Shown in pieces: positions 30,919-39,110 of a DNA stretch of 64,000 nt. The position numbers were made by a program, and so were the translations under genes. The notes below the pieces were generated by a model. It was not told the origin of the DNA and did no database searches. It saw only the letters and a program-made list of their open reading frames with translations. Positions within the stretch are counted from its first letter, which is position 1; each line of letters opens with the position of its first letter. Location of the stretch: the sequence record PV764602.1, one strand, 5' to 3'.

Positions 30919-31274
30919 TGATCGTTGGTGTAACAGGAGGGCGGGACCTAGGTGAAGAGGATAGAGCCTGGGTCTACAAGAAGCTCGACCGCTACCACAA
31001 GAAGTACCAGTTCACTCATCTTGTCCACGGAGGGGCAAGAGGGTTGGATACGTTAGCCGATCAATGGTGTGAGACGAAGCCGGGTGTGCAACCTGTGTGC
31101 TGCCGTGCCATGTGGAATCGTGATGGCAACAAGGCAGCCGGGCCGATCAGGAATAGGGCAATGCGTCCTCTGATAGCTCGGCTCTTGTCGTTTCCCGGCG
31201 GTAACGGAACCAAAGATATGACTGACCACTGCGCACATCACGGTGTGCCAATCACAAGGATCAAAGCACCATGA
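30918..31274 (+). CDS. Stand-alone YspA-like SLOG-family protein (DUF2493-like)
   Basis: VTGGRD, LVHGGARGLD..AD.W, W...G.AAGPIRN..M, FPGG.GT.DM. Confidence 0.8.
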   Translation: MIVGVTGGRDLGEEDRAWVYKKLDRYHKKYQFTHLVHGGARGLDTLADQWCETKPGVQPVCCRAMWNRDGNKAAGPIRNRAMRPLIARLLSFPGGNGTKDMTDHCAHHGVPITRIKAP

Positions 31275-31411
31275 CAAAGTACGGTGAAGGGCTCGGCAGC
31301 AGTTGCTCGGGCAAGGGCCTGCGCTCACCCACCAAAGGACGCGCCCGTGGTTTCAGTCAAACCACGATGGCTGCACTCACTGACCCCGATCGTCAACCCA
31401 TTGAGGACACT

Positions 31412-31777
31412 ATGAAGAAGTCTGAACTCGGTAACACCAGCAGTCAGGATCAAACCAACCTCCCCTACGCCAACCAGCCGGAGGGGGACAACCGCATGGG
31501 TGATCCTACACCGCCAAAGACCCGCGAAAAGTATTTCTCTGACCTCGCCAGCAGCCTACAGGGCCATGCGCGTTGCCTGAGCTACAACGATGAGAACGGG
31601 CCACTCAAGCATCGCCTGCACGAAGCATCCCATGCTCTCGACAGCGTGGCCATTCGCGTCCACAAGAAGAAGGACGGGCTGCTGCTTATCACCGGACGTG
31701 GCAAGTCTAGGTTCGCTACTGCCCGTGAACGACTGGCCATCTGGCTGCTGCGCGGCAACACGGGGATCGAGGTATGA
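31412..31777 (+). CDS. Hypothetical protein
   Basis: RBS GAGG before ATG 31412. Confidence 0.5.
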   Translation: MKKSELGNTSSQDQTNLPYANQPEGDNRMGDPTPPKTREKYFSDLASSLQGHARCLSYNDENGPLKHRLHEASHALDSVAIRVHKKKDGLLLITGRGKSRFATARERLAIWLLRGNTGIEV

Positions 31778-32115
31778 TCGACAGCGAATTCCAAGACCGG
31801 GGTGCTCCCCACCTCCCGCGTCCTACCGACACACTGAGCACCAGCGACCCACACAGGAACGTCTCCGGCAAAGCTCAATTCTGGCCAAAGGGAGTAAAGA
31901 AGCCTGATCCCATCGACGACCCACGCCTGCACGATCCCGAATATGCAGACTACAGCATCAAGAAGGGAGACGAAGTTTATGCAGCAGGCTGGACCCTGAC
32001 ACCGCTGTATGTGGTGGACGTGAACTGGGCCCTACGTGCAATAGCAGTACGCCTAGGCCCTACGGGTGACATTGTGATCTGGAGCGTCATGGGCAAGGTG
32101 AAGCGCCATGATTGA
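31774..32115 (+). CDS. Hypothetical protein
   Basis: ATGA overlap. Confidence 0.55.
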   Translation: MIDSEFQDRGAPHLPRPTDTLSTSDPHRNVSGKAQFWPKGVKKPDPIDDPRLHDPEYADYSIKKGDEVYAAGWTLTPLYVVDVNWALRAIAVRLGPTGDIVIWSVMGKVKRHD

Positions 32116-32380
32116 GCCGTCGCCCATCTTCATGCAGATTAAGAAGCGCGGGTTAGAGCGGATGGAGCGCCTGCATCTTGATCCCTATGACCTCACCCAC
32201 CTTCGGGCCTACGTGGTCGAGCACTGCAACATCAACTACGTAGAATGGGAGCAAGCGATGCGGGGTGGCCGCATCTTTGGCCAACCCTTCGATCCCGAAG
32301 ACTTTGCCTGTATGCAGGTGCTGGTAATGATCTGCACCAAACTTGAACTACCAAGGGAGAACCAGCTATGTGGCAAGTAG
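32108..32380 (+). CDS. Hypothetical protein, paralog of next gene
   Basis: ERM..LDP and RIFGQPFDP motifs. Confidence 0.6.
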   Translation: MIEPSPIFMQIKKRGLERMERLHLDPYDLTHLRAYVVEHCNINYVEWEQAMRGGRIFGQPFDPEDFACMQVLVMICTKLELPRENQLCGK

Positions 32381-32739
32381 TCGCCTTCGTGGGCGCTATT
32401 ATCATCGTGGGACTAATCATCCGCCTGTCAGAAGTGTACCGCGAAGTCCTTAGCCCCTTGAGCAACAAGGAAATGCTCCAGCTGTACGCAGACAGGGCGG
32501 CAGAGCGTATGATTGCAGACGGGCTAGACCCCACGCGCATCGAGGACATTGACGAGTTCTACAGGAAGCTGACGTTCACCGACAGTCCTGATCCCTTCCT
32601 CGACCACTATTGTACTCGGGTGTACGGCCAACCCTTCGATCCCTTCAACACCCAGCATCTGCTGGCCATCTGCGAGCAGGCGTACCCAGCCTATCAGCAA
32701 GCCCACTACCTCATGCAGCGGGAAAGGAGAACCCAGTGA
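32368..32739 (+). CDS. Hypothetical membrane-anchored protein, paralog of previous gene
   Basis: N-terminal TM; ERM..LDP and RVYGQPFDP. Confidence 0.6.
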   Translation: MWQVVAFVGAIIIVGLIIRLSEVYREVLSPLSNKEMLQLYADRAAERMIADGLDPTRIEDIDEFYRKLTFTDSPDPFLDHYCTRVYGQPFDPFNTQHLLAICEQAYPAYQQAHYLMQRERRTQ

Positions 32740-33452
32740 ACAGCCTAGGTAAAGCAGAGCAGGCCCTGACCCTGCTACGCACCATCGTACAGGACGAACG
32801 GGCATGTGATCCCTTCTGCCTCACCGACCCATTGTTGGACGCTGCTATCGACCACCTGCAACGGTACGTGTTGGCCACGGATGCCTGCCCACAATCTCCT
32901 GCCACCTCTTCCGGCTACCCCTACGACGACCCATACGCACGCCCGGCTACCTTCACCCGCGATCTAGTCCCGCCAAAGTCTAACTCCACGTCTCAGATTA
33001 TGGAGGCTGCGGCAGAGTCTGAGGATAGGAGGAAGGGCAGGAAGGAGGCAATAGACCTGCTTCGGATCGATCACCCCAACCTAGCTACGATTCTAGAGCA
33101 GGATAGGGCGCTGCACAGGTACAACGAACTACTCGGTCTGGAGGGTAGTTCTGAACTGATTGCCCTTCTCACCTTCCTGACCAGTATCGAGCAGCAGGAC
33201 CAGCTTACCTACACGCTGACCGCCAAGATTCCCCACACTCTGGGAATCCACATCCTGCTGCCCCTGATGCCCAATCTACCCCTGTGTCTGCACCACCACA
33301 GCCCCGCAGGGAACACGGTCCACGCCCTGACCATCGACCGCCTCAGCATTGACGCCCTCGACCCAGCCAGCAGCCACAGGATCATGGAGGTTACGGTCAA
33401 GACAGACCACCGCCTGCCCGCTAACATCCTGGGCACGGTGTGGCGCTCCTAG
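32736..33452 (+). CDS. Hypothetical protein
   Basis: RBS AGGAG + GTG 32736. Confidence 0.55.
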   Translation: MNSLGKAEQALTLLRTIVQDERACDPFCLTDPLLDAAIDHLQRYVLATDACPQSPATSSGYPYDDPYARPATFTRDLVPPKSNSTSQIMEAAAESEDRRKGRKEAIDLLRIDHPNLATILEQDRALHRYNELLGLEGSSELIALLTFLTSIEQQDQLTYTLTAKIPHTLGIHILLPLMPNLPLCLHHHSPAGNTVHALTIDRLSIDALDPASSHRIMEVTVKTDHRLPANILGTVWRS

Positions 33453-33717
33453 TCCTCCCTCCGGCAATCCCTATTCCCCTGTCCCCGCACTAGGCCCAGC
33501 CACACCCACCCCGGCAATCCCCCTACCCTACACATTCCCTCCGGCAAAAGCTTCCCACCCCACTAACAAGGTAGTTAGGGGCAGGGAGACAACCATAGCA
33601 GCATAGACAGCGAGGGAAGAGAATACAGGGAAGAACATAGGGGCAGGGAATAAGCCTACTGCACACAATACAGGGACATAAGCTGGTATCCACACTAGAT
33701 AGAAGCATAGGAAGATC
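33453..33717. repeat. Non-coding C-rich/purine-rich segment with short direct repeats
   Basis: CCGGCAA at 33461, 33511, 33541; TAGGGGCAGGGA at 33576 and 33638; AATACAGGGA at 33622 and 33667. Confidence 0.75.
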
Positions 33718-34206
33718 ATGCAAGAGATAGCAGCAGATACGCATCCAGACCACACCTTCGGTATCTCCCTACAGGAGCAGACTAGGCAGTTAGTAGACAA
33801 TGACCTAATCTCCCCTATGGTCAGAGCTATCCTCTCGGAGCAGCGCTCCACCGCCCTACTGTCTGACCGCACGGCAATCATTGGTCATCCTACACTGACT
33901 GCCCTGCTTACCAACCCATTCACCATCACGGGAGGATCACCCTATTACATCCTGTCGCTATGGGGAATCCACGTCTCCCCATTGCTGACCCTACTCGACA
34001 CAGCGATCCAAGCTGGGCATAACAGCTTCGTGGTCAACTGTTCTCAATCGGACTACAACACGAAACACCTCACCTACTGCGTGACCATCCTGTCTGCCGA
34101 CCCAATTCGGGGCCTAGTGTCGATCCACTGCCGCCATCCCTTACCCCAACACCTATTGTCATCGCATCCCCATCAAAAACCTCTAGAAGTCGGTTACACC
34201 CACTGA
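33718..34206 (+). CDS. Hypothetical protein (atypical codon usage)
   Basis: 162 aa ORF with GGAAG RBS; C-rich. Confidence 0.45.
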   Translation: MQEIAADTHPDHTFGISLQEQTRQLVDNDLISPMVRAILSEQRSTALLSDRTAIIGHPTLTALLTNPFTITGGSPYYILSLWGIHVSPLLTLLDTAIQAGHNSFVVNCSQSDYNTKHLTYCVTILSADPIRGLVSIHCRHPLPQHLLSSHPHQKPLEVGYTH

Positions 34207-34775
34207 GTAATCGGGCAGATAAGGCAACAGGGTGCCATTTTGGCATCATCTGGACAACTACCGGAGTTTAGGGCAGTAAAGACCAGTATTTTCGTGCGAA
34301 CACCTTGCAGACCCCTAGGGCTTCCCCTTTGAACGAGTGGAGGCCCTTCTTTTTGACCGAAATATGACTGATTGACCATCTGAATGACCGGAGTTGCCAT
34401 TTTGGCACCTTCCTGTAGAGGCCGAAAGAAGATTTTCTTCTCGGACCTCGGGCATCCCCTCATGCGTTGCCAAAATGGCACCGTCGGAGTGTCGGAATAC
34501 ACCCGAAAATGGCCCTTGACGTGGTACCCCACAGGGCGAAAAATTTAGGGGCTCCAGGATGCGTCTAGACACCCGATCCTTGCCAAGGATTACCGAGTTT
34601 GACGCAAGGATTTTTCAAATATTTTGAGTCTGAGCAGGCCAATCCTGTAAATATTGGGTGTAGGCAAAACAGGGTGCCAAAATGGCAACATCACTGCCCT
34701 GTCCGACCAATTTTTCGACGCAGAACGCACCCTCCGTCCGAGGGTATGAATTTTTTGATGGCCGGGGGTCAAAAA
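34207..34775. other. Origin-like/regulatory intergenic region with four TGCCA-N3-TGGCA palindromes
   Basis: Palindromes at 34233, 34395, 34468, 34675; ATCCTGTAAATA at 34642; A/T tracts; local skew switch. Confidence 0.55.
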
Positions 34776-35306
34776 ATGACCAAAATTTCAGATATTTTAC
34801 CCGACGACGCAGTGACCGAAGTGGTGCGATCTGTTTTGCATCGCCTAGTGGTGGTCCGAGGCCTTTCCCTCTCCGAAATCATCAGGGACAACAGCGATAT
34901 TGATCCTGACCTGTTCGGGGCACGACTTTTCTCAGTGATCGCCAACACCGACGTGCAAATTCCTGCCTCACCGAAGGGGACCGAGGTAGCGACTCCAGAT
35001 TCAAGGGAGGACCGAGGGTACAAGAGGGGTGTGCGCGATTATGTCCTGTTCCGGCAGGACAAGAGAGGCAAGGGACGTCGGGAGTACCTGCACATCAGTG
35101 GGACTCTGTACGGGTGGCAGCAGTCCATACCCCAGGATGCGCTGACTCACTTTGAGAGCGTAGAGGCGGTCCAGAATCGGGTGAACGGGATGCGACTCGA
35201 TCCCGGCTACTTCTACTACACCGCTACCGCTGACGATCTGATAGATGAGGCGCTGCATAAGGTAGGGATAGTCCAGCATGCTATCGAGGTGCCGGATGAT
35301 GTTTAG
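34776..35306 (+). CDS. Hypothetical protein with KISDIL N-terminal module
   Basis: Start set at ATG 34776; N-terminus aligns with 42555 ORF. Confidence 0.6.
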   Translation: MTKISDILPDDAVTEVVRSVLHRLVVVRGLSLSEIIRDNSDIDPDLFGARLFSVIANTDVQIPASPKGTEVATPDSREDRGYKRGVRDYVLFRQDKRGKGRREYLHISGTLYGWQQSIPQDALTHFESVEAVQNRVNGMRLDPGYFYYTATADDLIDEALHKVGIVQHAIEVPDDV

Positions 35307-35421
35307 GATCAGCCCAGCCTTGTACGGGTTCTTCAAGGGGTGGACCGAGTTGGCTTCCGCTGTGGGAGTGAGGAAACGTGGGAAGAGTAAGTACACTAGG
35401 AAGAGGGGTAAGCGGAAATGA
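35296..35421 (+). CDS. 41-aa basic micro-protein ending RGKSKYTRKRGKRK (not in ORF track)
   Basis: Fills gap, ATGA-coupled to 35418; tail duplicated at 50734 ORF with synonymous changes. Confidence 0.75.
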   Translation: MMFRISPALYGFFKGWTELASAVGVRKRGKSKYTRKRGKRK

Positions 35422-35942
35422 AGTTGAGTGACATTCTGACTGAGCGGGATTTGATTGATCTGGCAGATGAGGTGTCGTCCGGGAACTACGAATCCCTGAT
35501 CGAGAAGCTGGGTGGGTATGAGTTTGAACCACCCTATACGATCGGGGTAGCAGTGGAGGCACACAAGCTTGCAACGTGCGCTACCGAGGATGATCCTCCC
35601 CTGATATGGGATAGCGTGTCGCCGGAGTCGATGCAGAAGCTAGGAGAAGGGCTGGCCGATAGTATGCACGCCCTGTCCATGCAGCCGGGTACCACGCGCA
35701 GGCTGCTAGGCAAGGCGGAGACAGACTGGAACCTACGAGAGGCCATGAATTTGGCTGAGGCTCAGGTGTTCCGTAGTATGTCAGCACTCAAGGCAGTACG
35801 GGTCGATGGGAATGGTGATCCCCTGCGAGGACCAGCATACGAGGCGGGCGAGTGGAGTCTGCGTAACTGGGAAGCAATCAAGCGTGACCAACAATCGTTC
35901 CCCGGATGGGGACTGCAAGGAGAACAAGATGCTCAAGATTGA
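35418..35942 (+). CDS. Hypothetical protein (MKLSDIL start)
   Basis: RBS GAGGGG, overlap chain. Confidence 0.6.
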   Translation: MKLSDILTERDLIDLADEVSSGNYESLIEKLGGYEFEPPYTIGVAVEAHKLATCATEDDPPLIWDSVSPESMQKLGEGLADSMHALSMQPGTTRRLLGKAETDWNLREAMNLAEAQVFRSMSALKAVRVDGNGDPLRGPAYEAGEWSLRNWEAIKRDQQSFPGWGLQGEQDAQD

Positions 35943-37569
35943 CTGTGACCGATACCACGAGGAAGTGGCCCCGCCGCTGACATTGGGTGGCATCATCGCA
36001 TGGGTGGAGCAGCAACCAGATGCCACTGTCTTCCATACCCTACACCATCCGCACAGCTACCGGGGCTACTACCAGTGTCTGGCCTTCGAGCCTGCGCCGG
36101 GCACCATGACCAAGGCTGAACTGCTTAGCCTCCTTCGGTCCTGCAACGGCGTGCCCTACGGTGGGTACAAGGGCGGGTTCTACTTCATGGGCCTCAACAC
36201 CGACTGCTTCCTCGCCAACTGGAGTGAGACGGGTTCGGCCATGAGCATGCCGTGGCTGGAGAACGAGCTTCGGGTACAGGAGGTAGAGGAGCCGGAGGGT
36301 ACAGCGCGCGCATCACGGGATGCCGTAGCCGATGTACAATCAGAGACAGCGGTGGAGGAAGCACGGGATGCGCGCGCTGTACCCGTAGACCCTGTGTCCA
36401 CCCATCATGTGCATCGGGGTGCAGAGTCTCTGCCCTGCTACTGCGCACGCACGACAGACCACCCGAATGGCCATGAGCTAATGTGGGAGAACCCAGCACC
36501 TCATGCTGCTGGCGCACCGTCGCCCTCTGCCCAAATGAAGATCGGTAGCCTGCCTGCTGATAGCATGGACCCTGTGGACCACCTTGAATCCCTGCCTCCC
36601 GATATGCGCCTAGGCTCTGCTGGCTACCTCGGTTATCTTGACTACCTCGACTACAGGGACAATCCGCCAATGACCACCAGTGATCCCAACGATTTGGTTG
36701 AACGTTGCAACAAGTACATGGCGCTGCGTGAGCGAGCCGAACAGGGCTTGCATGCGGTGGCGCGCGCTGCACAGGAAATGCGGGCGGTGTCTCAGCGTGG
36801 CAAAGACGCAGCCATTGTCCTGACCGAGACCCTCCCTTCTGAGCAGATGCGCGAGAGCATTCGGTCTACCGTTGCGTTCTTTGCTGCACAGGAGGAGCGC
36901 ATGACCGACATTCTCAACACCCTTGCCTCAGCGCGCGTCGATGCTTTGCAGGAGGGAGACTGTCGGAGGATTGATGGCCAGTGGTACGTCTGCACTGATC
37001 CCGACATGGCGCGCTTCGTTACCTTTGATGGGCTGGAGACTCCGTGCACCAACCTCAAGCGAGCGTATGATGCTCTTCGGTTCTACGTTGACGCCAGCGA
37101 CACTGAGTTGGAGGAACGTGGGATTGATCGTGCTGAGGCACTGCGTCTTGCCCGTGATGCTGAGCGCGCGCTGCACGAACACAACCACCTGAGCAAGGAC
37201 CCAGATGACGTGTGGTGGGCCGAACCCCTGCCGCTTACTGCTATCGACCACGGTGCTGTCGTTCCCCTTGATACCGAATGGCAGGTGACCACCAATCCGG
37301 TGCCTGCCGATGCTGATCTTGGTGGCGAGGATGGTCCCGTGTGGGCTGTGATGCTGCCGTTGTCCTTCGGGCCGAACGCCTACTACGATCCCTCGCCTCT
37401 GATCCAGCGTTTCAACCGAGGCTCCCACGTCCACTTCTTCCGTAAGGCTACGGCCACGAAGATCCGCGATCACTTCAACGCAATGGTGCGCACCAGCACT
37501 GAACAACCGTTGGCCGAGATCGTTCACCACACCCTACAGCGACACGTACCCGGAGACAACAATGCTTGA
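35929..37569 (+). CDS. Mosaic hypothetical protein
   Basis: RBS AGGAG + ATG 35929; N-terminal PHSYRGYY..LAFEP...GYKGG phage motif. Confidence 0.6.
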   Translation: MLKIDCDRYHEEVAPPLTLGGIIAWVEQQPDATVFHTLHHPHSYRGYYQCLAFEPAPGTMTKAELLSLLRSCNGVPYGGYKGGFYFMGLNTDCFLANWSETGSAMSMPWLENELRVQEVEEPEGTARASRDAVADVQSETAVEEARDARAVPVDPVSTHHVHRGAESLPCYCARTTDHPNGHELMWENPAPHAAGAPSPSAQMKIGSLPADSMDPVDHLESLPPDMRLGSAGYLGYLDYLDYRDNPPMTTSDPNDLVERCNKYMALRERAEQGLHAVARAAQEMRAVSQRGKDAAIVLTETLPSEQMRESIRSTVAFFAAQEERMTDILNTLASARVDALQEGDCRRIDGQWYVCTDPDMARFVTFDGLETPCTNLKRAYDALRFYVDASDTELEERGIDRAEALRLARDAERALHEHNHLSKDPDDVWWAEPLPLTAIDHGAVVPLDTEWQVTTNPVPADADLGGEDGPVWAVMLPLSFGPNAYYDPSPLIQRFNRGSHVHFFRKATATKIRDHFNAMVRTSTEQPLAEIVHHTLQRHVPGDNNA

Positions 37570-37936
37570 CCTTAGCAATGACGAACTGGCCAATGCCCTC
37601 AACAGCATCAACATGCAGAACTTCACTCTGTCCTCGGGCACAGAGGCGATGCAGGGTATCGCACGTGGACTCCGCGCTTTCAGTTCTACGCGTAGCGCCT
37701 TGCATGAAATGCACCTCACCACCGAAGCTCTGCATGCTGAGTGGACGAAGAAGCTGGAAGAGGCCAGCCATGAACAGCGCGCTCACGTACTGGCGATCCT
37801 GAGTTCCCTTGCACAACAGCGCGCGGGTCTGCACAAAGCGCTGACCACCATCACGCACGTCGAGGACATGATCCTCTCCATCGCCACTGAACTGACGGGC
37901 GTTACCTTCCCCGCGGAGGCCGCAGAATGGGTCTGA
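37562..37936 (+). CDS. Hypothetical helical protein
   Basis: RBS GGAG, overlap chain. Confidence 0.6.
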   Translation: MLDLSNDELANALNSINMQNFTLSSGTEAMQGIARGLRAFSSTRSALHEMHLTTEALHAEWTKKLEEASHEQRAHVLAILSSLAQQRAGLHKALTTITHVEDMILSIATELTGVTFPAEAAEWV

Positions 37937-38085
37937 GTGATTGCCCTAAGTGTTGGGACACGCCGTGTGGCTGCGGCCACCAGTACGAACAGTGGACAGA
38001 AGAACGTCTGCGTGACCACATCAAGATGCTGGAAATGGTGCTTGCCAAGAAGCAGGCGCAACGATACAAAGGAGAGTCCAAGTGA
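37927..38085 (+). CDS. 52-aa Cys-rich micro-protein MGLSDCPKCWDTPCGCGH... (not in ORF track)
   Basis: RBS GGAGG; CxxC..PCxCxH; couples to GTG 38082. Confidence 0.7.
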   Translation: MGLSDCPKCWDTPCGCGHQYEQWTEERLRDHIKMLEMVLAKKQAQRYKGESK

Positions 38086-38354
38086 GCATGTATCGAGTTG
38101 TGTTGCAGCCTGTATGCAGGGCGTTCGGCGGTTGGGTGAGCGACCCGGATCGTGTTGAGCGCAGTCACCTGATGAACACCACGGATACACTGGCGGTGTT
38201 GCAGTTTGACGACAACGGCGAATCCACCGGCAAAACGTTGTCCCAGACCTACCTGTTCCTGTGCCTCGGTGACATTGTGGAACTCCACGACGACCAAGGC
38301 AGCATCGGACACCACCGCGTACTGGACGTGATGGATGCGGAGGTAGCGCAATGA
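38082..38354 (+). CDS. Hypothetical protein
   Basis: RBS AGGAG; ends TGA, frame stays open to 38513. Confidence 0.6.
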   Translation: MSMYRVVLQPVCRAFGGWVSDPDRVERSHLMNTTDTLAVLQFDDNGESTGKTLSQTYLFLCLGDIVELHDDQGSIGHHRVLDVMDAEVAQ

Positions 38355-38513
38355 ACGTGGTACAACATCGGGAAGCTCAACCACCATGAAGGCGAGGTCA
38401 TCCTGCATCCCGGCACCAAGTACAAGGTATCGCACCACTCCCAGCACACTGATCCCGACAGCGGGCACATCTACCACGTGGTCCACCTGACCGCACACAG
38501 TCCGAAGCACTAA
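38355..38513 (+). pseudogene. Start-less C-terminal fragment of a His-rich ADP-ribosyltransferase (or readthrough extension)
   Basis: TWYNIGKLNHHEGEVILHPGTKYKV...HVVHL aligns to HEAETVLHHGNKFKV...HVTHVKL of the 40992 ART. Confidence 0.6.
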
Positions 38514-38517
38514 TCCG

Positions 38518-38553
38518 AAGGGCCTATCCTGCTAACGTGGGGTAGGCCCTTTT
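38518..38553 (+). terminator. Rho-independent terminator
   Basis: AAGGGCCTATC...GGTAGGCCCTT then TT. Confidence 0.75.
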
Positions 38554-38595
38554 GCATAGCCCAGCGATAGGTTCCAATTTCGTGCAAGTTGTCCC

Positions 38596-38632
38596 TGAAT
38601 CGAACCTGAACGGCAGCTGAACGAAAATGAAC
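38596..38632 (+). promoter_or_regulatory. Helically phased TGAA(C/T) direct repeats above the -35
   Basis: Starts at 38596, 38607, 38618, 38628. Confidence 0.55.
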
Positions 38633-38637
38633 AGTGG

Positions 38638-38666
38638 TTGACAGGGGGATAGGGTCCAGGCATAAT
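38638..38666 (+). promoter_or_regulatory. Sigma70-type promoter
   Basis: TTGACA-17 bp-CATAAT in a 235-bp intergenic region after a terminator. Confidence 0.8.
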
Positions 38667-38748
38667 AGGCTTGTGGTAGGGAAACAAGGGCGTCAGCCCA
38701 CCGGGACCCACCTATCGGAACCCCTAGTCAGATACCTCGGAGAATCTC

Positions 38749-39093
38749 ATGAAGCGCAAGTCCCCTCGGAACCGTCCCCTGATCGCTGAACTGATGCCGG
38801 TACGCGCTGCCGCCGAGCGCATGGACCTTCGGACCGCCAACCTGTCCAGCCACCTGATGACGGTGGAGTTCCCGGAGCAGGACGACTCCCAGGTTATCCT
38901 GACCTTCATGCTGAACAAGAATGCCCAGCTGGTGGCCTCGGTGGAACTGGAACGTGCGGGTCATGTGCAGTGCGCCACCCCTTACCTGCGCGGTGCCATG
39001 CTTCGGAACAGCCTGAGCGCCACGCTTGACGACTATGACGTGGAGCGCGACCGCATCGCCTCGGTCATCGCCTTCCTCGACAGCATCGTCTAA
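38749..39093 (+). CDS. Hypothetical (putative early) protein
   Basis: RBS GGAGA; first gene after the sigma70 promoter. Confidence 0.65.
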   Translation: MKRKSPRNRPLIAELMPVRAAAERMDLRTANLSSHLMTVEFPEQDDSQVILTFMLNKNAQLVASVELERAGHVQCATPYLRGAMLRNSLSATLDDYDVERDRIASVIAFLDSIV

Positions 39094-39110
39094 CCCTTCG
39101 GAGCCCCCTC

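Noticed and set aside
31346-31366. Hairpin CGTGGTTT-cagtc-AAACCACG
   Set aside because: Isolated 8-bp stem with no U-tract or recurring context
34516-34544. TTGACG-17-AAAAAT sigma70 promoter
   Set aside because: The -10 lacks the conserved first T; too weak to call
33453-34775. CRISPR or mini-array near the repeats
   Set aside because: Repeats are short with irregular spacing; no repeat-spacer periodicity
38590-38640. GGTTCGATTC T-loop-like motif on the - strand (possible tRNA)
   Set aside because: The T-stem arms do not pair and no acceptor, D or anticodon arms can be built
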